Part shown: positions 35,330 to 49,132 of the stretch, in pieces
How positions within the stretch are numbered: the first letter of the stretch is position 1
Layout: each line of letters opens with the position of its first letter
Source: Phyllosticta citribraziliensis
Taxonomy: Eukaryota
Reading direction: 5' to 3'
DNA length: 64,000 nucleotides
NCBI RefSeq assembly: GCF_038025025.1
Contig: NW_027117342.1
Location: 1,488,001-1,552,000 of the forward strand
Translations under genes and position numbers: made by a program
The notes under the pieces: generated by a model
The model's database searches: none
Seen by the model: the letters and a program-made list of their open reading frames with translations, nothing else
Told to the model about the DNA's origin: nothing

Positions 35330-37819
35330 ATGGGACACCTAACGACCGTGGCCACGTGCCAAGTAAGTCGTGGTGACAGCCCCGCAAGTGTGGCAGCTCA
35401 GCATTGATGCGTCCTGCAGCTTAACCAGTGGGCTATGGACTTTGAGGGCAACCTCGAGAGGATCCTTGAATCCATCCGCCAGGCAAAGGCCGCCGGTGCC
35501 GCGCTGCGCGTCGGCCCGGAGCTCGAAATCACTGGCTATGGCTGTCTGGATCATTTCTACGAGTCCGACACTTTTCTGCATTCTTGGGAAATGCTCTCCA
35601 GGATTCTATCAGACAGCTCCTGCCATGGTATCCTGCTTGATATTGGCATGCCCGTCATGCACCGTAATGTCCGCTACAACGCCCGCGTCATCTGTTGCAA
35701 CGGTCAGATTCTGCTCATTCGCCCCAAGATGTGGCTAGCCAACGACGGCAACTATCGGGAGATGCGCTACTTTACGCCTTGGGGTCGTCCCCAGCACGTC
35801 GAAGAGTACTACCTTCCCAGGATCATCCAGAACATTGTAGGCAAGGTCAAAGTTTCCATTGGCGACGCCGTCATTTCGACTAGAGACACTTGCATAGGAG
35901 CAGAGACCTGCGAAGAGCTATTCACTCCAAACCCGCCCCACGCCGGAATGGGTCTCAACGGTGTAGAGATTTTTACAAACTCTTCGGGCAGCCACCATGA
36001 GCTCCGCAAGCTTGACACGCGCATCTCTCTCATCTTGGAGGCCACGCGCAAGTGTGGTGGTATCTACATGTACTCTAACCAGCAAGGATGTGACGGTGAC
36101 CGTCTCTACTATGATGGTTCGGCCATGATCATCATCAATGGCCAAATCGTTGCTCAAGGTTCCCAGTTCAGCTTGAAAGATGTCGAGGTTGTGACTGCGA
36201 CGGTGGACATCGAGGAAGTGCGGGCATACCGCTATGCCCCGAGCCGCGGGCTACAGGCCGTGCAAGCTCCCGCATACCAGCGGATCGAGGTTGACTTCAG
36301 CCTCTCTGTCGAGGGCCGCCTCCTCGACGCAAAGATTGGCCCTACGCCGGCGCGCCCTGTCTTTTACCACGCGCCAGAGGCCGAGATTGCTTTGGGTCCT
36401 GCTTGCTGGATGTGGGACTACCTGAGACGAAGCCGTCAGGCTGGTTTCTTCATACCCCTTTCCGGAGGCATAGACTCGTGCGCAACTTCAGTCATTGTCT
36501 TCTCCATGTGCAGGCTAGCCATCAAGTCTATTCAAGAAGGCGATGAGCAAGTCATTCGGGATGCCCGTCACATCTGTGGTGAGCCTGAAGATTCAAACTG
36601 GATCCCATCGACCCCACAAGAGCTCTGTGGCAGAATCTTTCACACATGCTATATGGGCAGCACCAACTCGTCAGCCGAAACGCGCAACCGCGCAAAGGAC
36701 CTGGCCAAAGACATTGGTGCCTACCACACAGACTTGGACATTGACACTGTTGCCGATGCGTTAAAGACACTCTTCACCACGGTAACTGGTTTCGTGCCGC
36801 GCTTCCGCGTCCACGGTGGCAGCAGCACGGAGAATCTTGCACTTCAAAACATTCAAGCGCGCCTGCGCATGGTGACTGCCTACCTGTTCGCCCAGATGCT
36901 TCCCCTGGTCCGGGGACGCAAGGCACCGGGCAGTTTGCTAGTCCTAGGCTCGGCCAATGTCGACGAGTCTCTCCGCGGTTATTTGACCAAGTACGACTGC
37001 AGCAGCGCCGACATCAACCCCATTGGCGCCATCTCCAAGACGGACCTGAAGGCCTTTATCAAGTGGGCAGGCCGCGAGTTCAAGCTGCCAATATTGGACG
37101 ACTTTATCAGCGCCACGCCCACGGCAGAGCTGGAGCCCATCACAAAAGACTACGTGCAGAGCGACGAGGCAGACATGGGCATGACGTGTGCGTTGACCCC
37201 CGCATCCTCACAACTAACGAAAGACAGCTAATTCGTGGGCAGACGACGAGCTCTCCGTCTTTGGCCGCTTGCGCAAGGTGCAGAAGCTGGGCCCCTTTGG
37301 CATGTTCGAGCGGCTGCTGCACGACTGGAGCGACCGCATGTCGCCGCGGCAGGTGTACGAGAAAGTGCGGCGATTCTACTGGTACGTGTGCCCATCACTC
37401 AACTGGCATTCCCTACTTGCACAAAACAACGACTCCACAAAAGGGGGTTTCAGCGAGGGGAGAGAGATTCATCGTGTTCTCTTATCTAACGCCCAAACGC
37501 AGGTACTACGCCATCAACCGCCACAAGATGACGACCATCACGCCAGCCTACCACGCCGAGGCCTACTCGCCCGACGACAACCGCTTCGACCTGCGCCCGT
37601 TTTTGTATCCTGTCTTCAGTATGTTCTTATCCCTACCCGGTCCCCTCCTCTCTCAGAAAAAATCCCCGTCACTCTCTTGCGTTCCTTTCCTTCTCTTTGC
37701 AACCCTTTGACGTGAGGCTAATTTCGCACTCCGCTATAGCTTGGCCATACAAGAAGATCGAAGAGGCTTTGAGCAAGCACGAAGAAGGCAACGTCAAGGG
37801 CGAGCTGAAGGCCGAGTAA
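35330..37819 (+). CDS. QNS1: Glutamine-dependent NAD(+) synthetase (5 exons)
   Basis: [113 protein letters not shown]. Confidence 0.97.
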
Positions 37820-38981
37820 AGCGAGGAAGACAAGGGACATAGACACAGCGGCCATGGTGCCCTTGCCATCACAGTTGATAAGGCAGGTATATAGACAGAA
37901 ATAGAGCTCTCGCAGCGGAATGTACTTGTAGCTTGGTCAGTTCTTTTCCTCAGATGTACCTCCGTGGGAATGATCTCTGCATATCTGGTGGGTTTTGCAT
38001 TAGGGTAGCATCAGTGTCAATGTTGCAGTCACTAAACCATGGAGACAAATTACATGCATGTATGTGTGGTCTGAGAAGCACCGAGACCGTGTTGTTTCTA
38101 CTCTGTTTTGGATTTCTCAACGAGCAGCCAAGCAAGCAGCGCGGCCCATCGCAAGCCGCCCACCTACTGTCTTTCTGTTCCGCACACATCGCCCACCCCA
38201 CGTATTTAGACCAATAACAGACATTTTCCCACGTTGTATGACCTTCAAGTCATGCCACACCACGCCGTTGGCTGTGTGAGTGCAAGCGTATACCAACTGC
38301 CCGACTGCTAGGTACACCGGCAAGAGCGCACCAAAAATCCAGAAGAGGCGTGGATTGGTAGCAAGCCTTGAATAATTCCAACCGGCCATGCGAGTGTGGC
38401 CAAAATCCCTCCGTATCCAGGGCAGGTCGAAAAGGAGAACACAACGATGAGTCCTCGAGATTGGTGATTGGCGCCAGACGACGACGAAGAGGAGCGAACT
38501 GGATGAAAGGAAACAAAGCGGTATGTGAGAGTAGGTAAAGGAAGAAAAAACGTCTCGCTGGAGAGGAAGGGTATCTAAGTCGTACATCATCGCCACCTTT
38601 TGCAAAAGCAGGTGCTGGATAGGTATCAAGGAGAAGCAGCCGCAGTAGCAGCACACGGACGTGGAATTTAGGAACCCTCGATGCTTCGCAACAGCCAATC
38701 CTCCACCAGCCCACACCGTCCCAAAGGCCAAGGAAAAAAAGATCCCGAAGAAGGAGTCGCTTTCACTCCTTGTCAATGTCCCGTCTTTCTCCTCGAAGCG
38801 CCTTTGAAAACAAATAAGTATCCCGAAGAAAAAGTGTGAGAAGTGGAGAAGAGCATAAAGATGACTTGCTATAGCCTTACACTGCAAGCTCGAAAGCTGT
38901 GTCCAGTGTCCACTGTGGCCGATCGGGATCACTCAAACGACTTGTCTTGGAGAACCCAGGTCCGCTCAAAATCCCTAGAGG

Positions 38982-41233
38982 TCAAGAGGGGGAAGTCGTA
39001 GGAGATACCTCCTTCAATGTATCCGAGCTGCTATTAGCAGTGGAAACGCCGTTCGTTTCCGAGCCACTGTCTGCTTGCGACGAAGCCTCTGCTTTCAGGC
39101 CCTTGACAGCCTTTTCGACCTCTTCAGACGCGATCTGCTGCCATTTCTCTCGCGTAGTTTGGTCGGCGAGGTTGGCGGCATCTCCGACCCGGTCGTACAT
39201 CATGCGCGAAATGTTCATATTGATATCGGTGTACTGGTCCTTGCTGACCTCCTGTTTGAGGTACACAGGCTTGAGAGCAGCTTTCACCATACGTTGTATC
39301 TCGGCTTTGGTCGAGAATGACATGTTGACGCGAGCTGGCGACGTGTCCTTCGATCGAGGTGGACTACCAAGCGGTGATCGATGTGAGTTCCTGCGACGTC
39401 TCGGCGGTTCGTCGAGGCCGCTTTCATTGTATTCATGTGAAAATCTGTGGTCATCGGCAGGCGAGTAAGGAGCAAACTGCGGAGCCGCGGGAAAGATGGG
39501 CGTGATTGTTGAGGACAAAAGGGGTGAGGATGGTCGTGCTAGCGTCAGAGGAGGCGGTGTCATGGCGCCAGGAGTGGGAATTCCCGAACCGAGCGGCGAT
39601 CCGCCAGGCGAGGACAACTGTGGCGGCGACGAAGGCTCAAAGGCGCGCATTGCCGCTTTTTGTTGTCGTCCCGGTGCAGCTTCTGCGGCTGGTGTCGAAG
39701 TTTCCACCTCTTTCAATAAAGACTGCAGAAAATTTGGACCCGTGTTTTCGGTTCCGGATTTTGATCTGCGGCGGGAATGCGAGCTGTTGCCGTTGGCGTT
39801 GCCGTTGGCGTTGCTGATGTTGTTGCTGATGTTGTTGTGGTTGCTGCTGCTGCTGCTGCTGCCGCCGCTATTTTGAACGTTGTTGTTGTGGTTGTTGATT
39901 GACCGGGCAGCCGACGAGGATTCACCAGCGTTTCCATTGGCAGGTCCTGCAGCAGTGTTGGCTCTCCTTGTGCAAGGCCGCTTGAGCTGGCGTTCTGGTT
40001 CTTGCTGAGGCTCGGGAGAAGGGGAGGGCGAGCTTCGCTTGCGCCTGTTCGCGTTCGGAACTGCCACCTCTCTGGCCTTTTCAAAAGCATTCCAAGCCCG
40101 AATCTCCTCTTGAGACTCGGGGGCGGGAGGCGCTGGTGGCGGTCGAGGAGGGGCGAGCAACGCCGCTGCGTGTTCTCTGAATCGCTGAGCATTACCCTGG
40201 CGTTCGGCAGCCTCGATTCTGCGCTGATATGCAGCAAGATCGCGACGGTGGGCCTCGGCTGCAGCCTGGCCAGTGACCTCGTCGTCGTAGGGGAAGTCGA
40301 GGTCGATGCCAGTCCGACGATGCACTTCTTGCCAAACCCGAGCCCAAGGGGAGTCGGCTCGTCTTCCTGCGGCGCGGATGGCCCGTTCGCGTCTTGTTAA
40401 TCGGGAATTTACTCCCGATCGGTTGTGGTTGCGCTCGCGTTCTCTTTCGGCCAATACGAAGGGGTTCTCCATGCACGTCTGGCAGTACCATGCACCCGAA
40501 GGCAGCTCGTCCAAGCCGGCACAGAAGACGTGACATGGCTGCTCGCAGTTGTCGCATAGCATGAGATGTTCTTCATCGCCAAAATCTTCGCACACCATGC
40601 AAGGTTCAAAAGACGGCTCATCGAGTTCGTCATCGACAATCATGGAAGGATCCAAATCAGCGACTTGTTGTTTGTCTTGGACGGCGTACGACGAAATGAC
40701 TCGACCTGGAGCACGACTTGTTAGCTGGTCGGTTTCCTTGAATGCCAATCATCTAGCGCATATCAGGCGGGAGCATACTGGAAGCAGCCACGGAGCATGG
40801 GCAGCAACTGAGTTGGCCGCTTGGCTTTCCGGCGCCCGTCCGTCCAATGGTGGCTCGATGCCGCCTGTGCGACCAAGGCGTCGTTCACAGTTTTGGATCA
40901 CTTACCTCCTAATCTTGCCTTGAGCTCAACTTCGTTGAAGCTGGCCCGGCATATGGGGCAGCTATTTGCACGCTCGACCCAGGGCTTGAGACACTCATTG
41001 TGCAGGTTGTGGCCGCAGGGCAGGAGATGGGCAATGACTTCGTCGTCAGGCGGCAGCAGGTCGTCGATGGCGGTTGGGTCGGGAAGCTGGGTTTGGAGCT
41101 TCGAGGATAGAGAGAGTTGCGCGGCATCAAGCGAAGCGTACTGTGGGTGGACCGGGAGCGGGTCGCTGTCGGGTGGCGGGTCCGGGCTACGAGACAAGAG
41201 GTCGCCGAGACAGACGATACAGGTCTCGGCCAT
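38982..41233 (-). CDS. RING + PHD finger protein with C-terminal helical (SRI-like) domain, Asr1/PHRF1-like (intron ~40904-40708)
   Basis: CIVC...[26 protein letters not shown] (RING-H2); CMVC...[31 protein letters not shown] (PHD); C-terminal [14 protein letters not shown]...[14 protein letters not shown]. Confidence 0.88.
39781..39900. repeat. Coding trinucleotide/hexanucleotide repeats (poly-Asn/Ser) in the RING-PHD gene
   Basis: GTT, GCT and GCCGTTGGCGTT runs encoding NNHNNN, SSSSSS and NANGNANG. Confidence 0.8.
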
Positions 41234-42591
41234 GAGGGCGACGAGTGAGCAAGAGGGAGCAGGAAGAGGAGGGAAGAGGTGAAACCATCAAGGTGGTGGG
41301 CAGTCGACAGGAGGGTCGAGGGTTTTGTAGACGAGGTGCAGTCGAGAGTGAACGGAAGGACGGACTGCCCGAGCGGCGGGGATTAAAGAGGCGCTAAGAC
41401 GCTTCGGCCACTGGGCGCACTGGCCGTGTCCCTCAGCCTGAGCTGCGGTGCAGTGCCAGTCACCCTCCAAGCACGTGCCAGGGCAACCACCGGATGAGGT
41501 GAAGCTGCAATCAAGAGGCCTTGCCTCGAAAAGAGAAGCCATCTGATCTGGTGCCTTGCTGGTGGAGACACAAGGCCCATCTGACAGCTGCCAGCTACAA
41601 CGTCTCCAGGCTCGTGACGCATGCCTGCAGCTACCTGCGCTTGCTTCTTCACAAAGAAACACTTCCGTTAGCTTGCCTGCCTCCTTGCGCCGCTGCGTTC
41701 CTGCGTGCCGGGGGCTAGCGCCAGCTCAACTTTTCCCCTCGCCATCGCCATGGGCACCACCTTGTCAACTACAGGTGGGTGTCTTTTCGGTCGACCACAG
41801 CGGAGCCCTTCGCTTCGGATTTGTCCTTGTTCCAGCTGCCATTTTAAGCCGCGTCAGATTTGGTGGTTGCGGACGGCGCCATGTGAAATGAGGCAGGGAC
41901 CGACGTTGCAAGCTTGGCCTTGGCGCTAGCATTACGACCGGCTGCAGTTTCGTGCCTTTGGCAGTTGAGACACTGCCCAAGCTTTTCGTCCACCAAAGCG
42001 TCCTTTCGATGCGTCATGCCAGTGGGTGGTCAAGACTGTTCGGACTGTTCATGGCTTGCCGTAGGAGTCCACACTTTGCCTTCTAAAACTGGCGCAATTG
42101 TTCGTTGGTCCGTTTGCCCCAGGTTTTTAAGCGAAATCTACAGTGGTCAGTATCTACCAACGGCTCGAGCGCACTTGACGTAATTAGGAAAGCCGGTCGT
42201 GTCTAGGCGCTAGGGGCAAAGCACAGTGCAAACTCTCCAAGCTTGCTCTCGTCATTAGCCCGACCAGCTCGTTCTAGTCCTTTGGAGATGCCGTCACTTC
42301 ATGGATACAATGGGGATTCAACGATGAGTACGGGGCGAGCGACAAATTGGCAGCGATAGAGTCGGGCAAATTTCTCGTCCAAAATTCGATAGGGGCTTAG
42401 TCGAAGATCCATCACTTGTGCGTGGGCCGCGCGAGGGTGTTGTTCATTCTTTGTATTCGTCCCGATCCATGGTCAGATTCGGTCGTAATTTTGGGTTCTA
42501 TCGACGGATAGTCGCCGCTTGCCGTGTCAAGACCGGAACCCTGAACAATGAAAAAACCCAGGCACCGTCCTCATGAAATCGAAAAACGCCC

Positions 42592-43148
42592 TTAAACCTC
42601 AGCGATCTCCCTCAGACGACGGATGGTAGACCTCGTGGCAGCCGCGGCGGGGGTCCTAGAGGCAGTCGTGTCAGTTGCTGTCCTCGTCTTGTCGCCCTGG
42701 TGTCGTGTTCCGTGTGCTGCCACCAGGGCGCGTCCGTCTAGACTTACGAGACAGTGTAGGCACCACCGGCGATGGTCTTCTTGCAAGACTTGCAGTTCCA
42801 GATACCGACGGAGTGACGCTTGACGGTGACCTTTCCGCAGAAGGTGCAGGTGTAGCGGGCGTGCTGGGTGACTTCCATCTGGGAGATCGTAAGCATCCAA
42901 ACCTCGCGACGGGCAGAGCGCGTTTCCTACCTTCTTCACCTGCTTACGGAGCGAGGCACCGTAGCGGGTACCATACTTTCCCGTGATGCCGACCTCTGCG
43001 CTTCATGTTAGCACCAGTTTCCAATGCCCATCGGGGTCCCTGTGGAGCGGGTCGTGTCCGATGGGTCGATTCGGTGGAGGGTGAATTCTTTGGGCTGCGA
43101 GGGTGATTTCGAGGGTTCTGGCGACATACTCTTGGTGCGCTTCGTCAT
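42592..43148 (-). CDS. RPL43: 60S ribosomal protein eL43 (L37a), 4 exons
   Basis: [60 protein letters not shown]...[27 protein letters not shown]. Confidence 0.97.
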
Positions 43149-43827
43149 CTTGGCGGATGTTGAGTGGTGCTGAGGTCGAGAGTGAAAGGTCGCCGCAAGT
43201 CGTCGCAGTCGAGAGTTTTGGCCGAACTCCAATTTGCAAAGCAGTGTGCCGGCCGCCAAGCCTGCGTCAGTCGCTAAGCTGCCCAAGAGAGATTAGCGCC
43301 GCTGGGTGAGATGAGTCAGCACCTTGATCCACCACCCTCATCCAGCACCACCACATTATTTCCTGTCTTGCCGCTCGAATCGTGCATTGCTTTGGGTCTT
43401 CTCCTAGCTCCCACGCTTCTTTTCTTCTCATTGACATTCCCGTTGTGCTGTGCTGCGGCAAAGCATCCCGTAGAAACTGTTCGCGATCCGACGGGACCCA
43501 AAAGCTGGCCTATGACGTTGCTCAATTACTTAGGTCCTGTCGCTCAACCCAGAGAACATCAGCTTGCATCCTTTCTGTCGGTCGCTTTCTTGATCTTTCT
43601 GCCCAACTGACGTGTTGCTATCGAGTGCCAACCTTCGCGCACAGTAGGCACCTAGTCTAGCTTTCACATATGCTTGCGCTGAGCCTCGGCTGCTACCGTC
43701 CGGTCGCTACTTCTTCCACGTCCCGCTTTTCTTAGGTTGCGTTCCACAACCAACCCGGCCTTGCTTTGTCTTCTAGCATAGTCCACGCGTCGACTCTTTC
43801 GTCTTCATTGTCAATCCTGAAATCAAA

Positions 43828-45419
43828 ATGAGCGCGTCTCGTATCTATGACCTGGTGCTCCTCGGAGCGACTGGATATACTGGAAAATATACAGTCGACC
43901 ATCTCGCGAGCGTGTTGCCAATTGACTTCAAGTGGGCGATAGCAGGGCGCAACGAGAAGAAGCTGTCGGACATTGTGCAGACCCTGATCAAGCAGCATCC
44001 TGACAGCTCTAAGCCAGGTATTCGCTCTCTGAAACTCTCATATCATGTATTGACTAACCTCGCCAGAAATTGAGATTCTGCAACTTGAAAAAAGCGAGCT
44101 GGATGTCCTGGCAAAGAAAACCAAGCTCATTATCAGCACTGTTGGACCCTTTATGAAGTATGGGACGCCCGTTGTCGAGGCCTGCGCTACGAATGGCACC
44201 CATTACGTCGATTGGTGAGTACATTGTGCTCTGTTCAGGATCGTGTACCTAACCCAATCAGCACGGGAGAGGTACCTTGGGTCAAGGAGATGATTGACAA
44301 GTATCATGAGACTGCAAAGACCAATGGCGCCATGGTGAGTGCCCATCTTCCCATTTGCCTTCGGCTTGACTACTACTTCTCTTCGTCTACTTTGACCACA
44401 AATAATGGGAGAAGCCACAAGCCAGGTGTTGATGGATTTCTGTCTGTTTTGATTCTTACGCAAAAACACATTGCGGCTATTCAATGCAGCATTCCCTTCG
44501 CCTTCTCGAATCTTTTCAAGCTGAACTGACATGGGTTTAGATGATCCCGCAATGTGGTTTGGACAGCGTTCCTGCCGACATCATCACATATGTTGTTGCT
44601 ACCCACATCCGCCGCAAGCTCAACGCTGGGACGACCGAGGTCTTGAACAGTGTCAAAATGAAAGGCAAACCTTCAGGCGGAACACTGCTCACGCTTCTCT
44701 CTCTGCTCGACCATTACAGCATTTCCCAGATCACTACCAGCATGAAACCCTTTGCCCTGTCTCCTGTTCAGCCACCATCCACCAACTCCTCTCCAAAGAC
44801 GAGCCTGTTTCAGAAAATTTTCGGTGTCAGGCAAGACAAGGATCTTGGTGTGCTCACAGACTGGGTTCAATCAAACATGGATGCGGCCATTGTCTATAGG
44901 AGCTGGGGCCTGTTGGACGGAGGTAAGACTTACGGTGCCAACTTCCGATTCAGCGAGTGGTTGGCGATCAAGAGCACGATTCCCGGAGCTCTTGTTCACT
45001 TCGTCATGCTCTTCGGAGCAGCAATGATCGCTCTGCCGCCAGTCAGATGGACTTTGAGGAAGCTGGTGTATCAACCCGGCGAAGGACCTTCCGTGGAGTA
45101 AGCAGTAACGATCCTCTTGTTGAGCTATCACTGACCCTGGGGCAGGGACACGAAGGATGACTTTTGTCATTACAAGGCCGTCGGCATCGCAGACACCGCT
45201 AAACAAGAGCGCGCACTCGGGCAACTTGTCTTCAAAGGAAGCCAATACTACTTTACTGGCCTGGCCATTGCTGAAGCCGCGCTGGTAATTCTGCGCGGAC
45301 AACAAAACACCGAAGCCAAGAAGCTGGGAGGAGGTATTTTGACACCAGCGACCCTGGGCGACGAATACGTCGAGAGGCTTCGAGACAGTAACGTGAAGAT
45401 TGACGTCAAGTTGATTTGA
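43828..45419 (+). CDS. Saccharopine-dehydrogenase-like oxidoreductase (SCCPDH family, ~5 exons)
   Basis: YDLVLLGATGYTGKY, WAIAGRNEKKL, STVGPFMKYGTPVVEACATNGTHYVD|TGE, IPQCGLDSVPAD, PGEGPS, GGILTPATLG. Confidence 0.88.
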
Positions 45420-45509
45420 GGGCTCTGTTAGAAGCCCAGTCTGCCAGCTCTCAGACAGCTGTGCTGTTATCATGGATTTTCCAATGCCAAACGTTTCGTT
45501 CGTGTCGAT

Positions 45510-45977
45510 TCAAAGCTTTGCCCTGATCTTGCCGCTCTCCGCCTTCAACAGCTTCTCCACGGCCTCCACTCCAGCCCTCGCAACCTCCTCATCCTGCGCC
45601 GGCGTCCCCGTGCTGCACCCAATGGCGCCGAGCACTTCGCCGTTTTCATTCTTTACGGGAAGCCCGCCACCAATAACCATGAAGCGCCCACCATTGCTAT
45701 TCCAGATGCCGAAACCGACTCCGCCGGGCCAGACTGCCTCCTTGTACGTCGACGTGGGGACGCGGTGGCCGCTCGCCGTGAACGCCTTGTCCAGGGCGAT
45801 GGAAATCGAGGTAACTTTGGCGCCGTCCATGCGCGAGAAGTGCAGCAGGTGCGTTGCACTGTCGACGACAGCGATGTTCATGGGCACGCCGATGGCGCGG
45901 GCTTTGGCCTCGGCGGCCTCGACAGCGGCGCGAGCCGCGGCGAGCGTGAGGGTGGGGATGTGCGTGACGGCGGCCAT
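45510..45977 (-). CDS. DUF336/GlcG/HbpS-family (haem-binding) protein with PTS1, intronless
   Basis: MNIAVVD...FSRMDGA...SIALDKAFTA...GGGLPV...GAIGCS.GTPAQDEEVA. Ends in AKL*. Confidence 0.88.
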   Translation of the reverse strand: MAAVTHIPTLTLAAARAAVEAAEAKARAIGVPMNIAVVDSATHLLHFSRMDGAKVTSISIALDKAFTASGHRVPTSTYKEAVWPGGVGFGIWNSNGGRFMVIGGGLPVKNENGEVLGAIGCSTGTPAQDEEVARAGVEAVEKLLKAESGKIRAKL

Positions 45978-46549
45978 TTTGTGAGTAGCTGTTGGCGCTG
46001 GAGAGCAATGACAATGGCGGACTCGCTGAATTGTTTGATAATGTTGGACTGCTGTTAAGCTGCAGAGGCGAAGGTGGGGTTGTTGGCTACATGATGGTGA
46101 TGCGGCGGGATGGGGAGCTGTCAGATGGACGGACGGAGCTGTGGAGCTATCGAGCCGTTGTCCGAGGTTCGCCGCTTTTCGCGAGGCCATCTTCCATCAA
46201 CTTTCACATTTTCCTCGCTTGCGCAAAAGTCGGGACTTTGCAGCCAATCTTTTTTGGCCGGGATACTGAGCTTACCCTGGCTATTCTGATGCATGTTCGC
46301 TGAAGACGATGTCGAAAATCTCCTAAGACGCGGCGTCTTAGGACGAAGCTTTTCCCCAAATTCTGTTGCACTTGGATTTCACATGCTGACACGAGTCTGG
46401 AATGGTGTAGAAAATAAATCTGGAAAAGAGCTACTTCTATGTGCCGCCATGGACACCAAGTCCTGTCTCTATGAGATTTGTCGAGATGTTCTCATGCTCA
46501 AGTCTATTTCCTCGACAACGCGACCAAGCTTCAGCAAAAACAAAGTAGC

Positions 46550-47478
46550 CTACTTCTCATACACCCAGCGTACAACGCGCTCCAAAATGGCCTGTCCGTC
46601 ATGCTCCTTCTCCATCCGCCTCGCAATGTCACGCTGCTCGTCTTCCCTCATAGTCTGCGTATATGTCGACGCATTCGCCAGCAACGACTGCGCCAGCTTG
46701 GCGCTCATTTCAGGGTGGCCCTGGAACGTCAAGATGCTGTTGTCGTTGGACACGAAGCACTGGTTCTGCTTTGCGAGCGGCACGAAGCCTGGTGCTGGAT
46801 CTACGATTTGCCGCTTGTGGAACTCGTGGATGTCCTGTTGATGTTTTCAGTTCTTCTGTTGGGAGGGCAGACCTGTGGAAGGCAGGACTTACATATGATT
46901 TCTTTTCGGCTGCAAAGTCGAAGAAATGGGACCCTTCTCCTGTCAGTCCTATTGTCGTCACGCCCATCTAGATTGCACGGGAGATATCAGCACCCAATCC
47001 TCCAATACTCCAGCCAACTCCAGCCAGACACGCGCCCTCAAAATCCGAACAACAAGGAGCGCAAACTCACCTCCGGCCCACTCGCCCCCATCGCCTCCAT
47101 ACGTCCACCCAGCGCAACGTGCACAGCCTGATGGCCCCAACAAATCCCAACAACCTTGGCGCCAGTCCTCCCCTCAGCGCGCGCCTTCACCAGCTGCCGC
47201 ACGAACTGCAGCATCTTGAGGACCCACGGCTCCGGCGCATTGATGTCGGCCGTGCCGCCGCTCAGAATGATCAAGTCGTACGCCGCCCCGGCATCCGCCG
47301 GATACTCTTGCGCCTCGATGGGGTCGTAGAAGTCGAGTTGTGCGCCTGGCGCGACGGCGCTGAGCGCCGTTATGAAGGAGTCGCTGCTCGTGGGCACGGT
47401 TGCTATGGCTGAGGGCGTGTTTTTGAGTATGGCGATGCGGGGAGCGGTGGCGCCGCCGTTTGTCGCGGGGCCTGGCAT
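46550..47478 (-). CDS. Class I glutamine amidotransferase-like protein (3 exons)
   Basis: YDLIILSGG, GICWGHQAV (catalytic Cys), IHEFHKR and TFQGHPE (His-Glu). Introns ~47070-46968 and ~46892-46835. Confidence 0.88.
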
Positions 47479-49132
47479 TCTTTCTTTTGCGTGGATTTGG
47501 GCGAGGTGGAGGTGGCTGCGCGAGTAGGTGGGTTGCGGGTGCGGCTTTGGAAGAACAAAAGCTTATTTTGAGCTAGGGAGCGGGAAGAGAAAGGTTGCGT
47601 GGTTGTTTACTTATATCATCACTGTTGAATGTCTCGAGCTACTATGAATGGGGTGTTGTGCTTCCTGCAATTGATGGTGGATACATGCGGTTTATCTGCT
47701 TTGGGATAGTTGTATGCGCAAGGGTGGGGGTGGGGTTATGACAGAAATGGGGGAGGGGAAATCACCAACCGTTCAACTCCTCTTGTTTGTTTCTCTCATG
47801 GGGTTTTCGAGGACCATATGTCTCCTACAACGATGAATGTGGCTGAGATTACCATGAGTTGGACGTGTTTTCTTTCACTGCATTGAATCGACTCTACCGG
47901 CAGCGGAATTCACCTACGACTTGTGTCGTCTGCTGCGGCACTGGGTAGGTGTGCTTCTAGAGTCGCCGTGTCACTGCAGCCATTTCTGGTATCCTTTTTT
48001 GCTGTGCCGATATTACTGTGTGGTAACCTTGCTTGCACAGCCACTTATCTATATAAACTCCTGCGCTGCCTGCTTCCTCGATACCTTCACCTGCGTCAAG
48101 TCTTCCTGTCCCGAAATCGCGCCAAAGTCAGTGTTCTCATTGGTCCTCTGAGACTTTTGAAAATCGAACTGGAATAGATATGGCAGCGAGAAAATGAAAT
48201 GGGTCTCGTCACAGCGACCCCTTTGCGCGTACGAGCGAAGGATTTTGACGTGCTAGGGTCCGGATCAGAAGCATGCACGAGTTCCGTCGAAATTCTGTTA
48301 GCTAAGAAAGCAGTCCCTCGTGAAGATATACATGTGTAGGACCAGGTCGACCTCGGGATAGGGGTTAGATGAGCAAACAGAAGCGAGCGTCTACCAGGGA
48401 TGAAAGGTGAAAGCCCCATCCACAGTTCAATACATCAAGATGCTGGTTTTCAAGAGGTTGCAAGTAGGAGTGAGCAAGTGCTCACAACCAGAAATGGACG
48501 CACCCCTTCATATTCCCGCTCTATTCCCGCAGTCTTCCCCTGCCCCTACTACGCCCCCTGACGCAGTGGAAGCCGAGCCGACGGCAAAAAGTAGACAGTT
48601 CAATCCGCGTCACGTCCGTCCATCAGCGGACATGAGCGAGAGCTACCGCCATGCACAGAGGTCAATTGAAGAACAGTTGGCTGTGCGCGTGTATTTATAG
48701 TGAGCCAAGGATGGGGCAGGGCGCACGACGGACATGGCATCTCAGACAAGGCGACGAATTTGGAAGGTGCGCGTATGCTTCGACAGGGCTGAGCAATAAC
48801 ACGAGGAATGACTTGTCCGGCAAGACATGGAGCCTGAGAAGTGCTGGACAGTTTGCGGGTTGGCGGACGGATAGGGGGCAGCAGGACGCTCTTTGACTGC
48901 CTTCAGGGAAAGCCACTTTCCCCAACAGCGAGTCAAGGTATTTCTTCGGGTAGATCTTTCTCGGGGAACGAGGCCGGACGCTGGCCAAAAAGGCTTGCGG
49001 AGAAACAAGCATTCGGCCTGTTGCCGTCAATTGCTTGGTACAGAGACCGACCACTTCGCACCCGAGCTTGTGGTCCCAACTTCTCCATGAAAAAATCTAT
49101 TCGCTACAACGCAGCGGTCTCCCGCTGGGGAA

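Noticed and set aside
38117..38932. 271-aa minus-strand ORF
   Set aside because: Phe/Leu/Ser-rich translation of the probable 3'UTR of the RING-PHD gene.
29967..41233. Functional cluster of mRNA-processing genes (CEG1, ISY1, RING-PHD)
   Set aside because: Interspersed with unrelated genes and no shared motif seen; ordinary housekeeping neighbourhood.
43828..47478. Metabolic gene cluster (SCCPDH-like, DUF336, GATase)
   Set aside because: No backbone enzyme, transporter or regulator, and no pathway linking the three that I can support.
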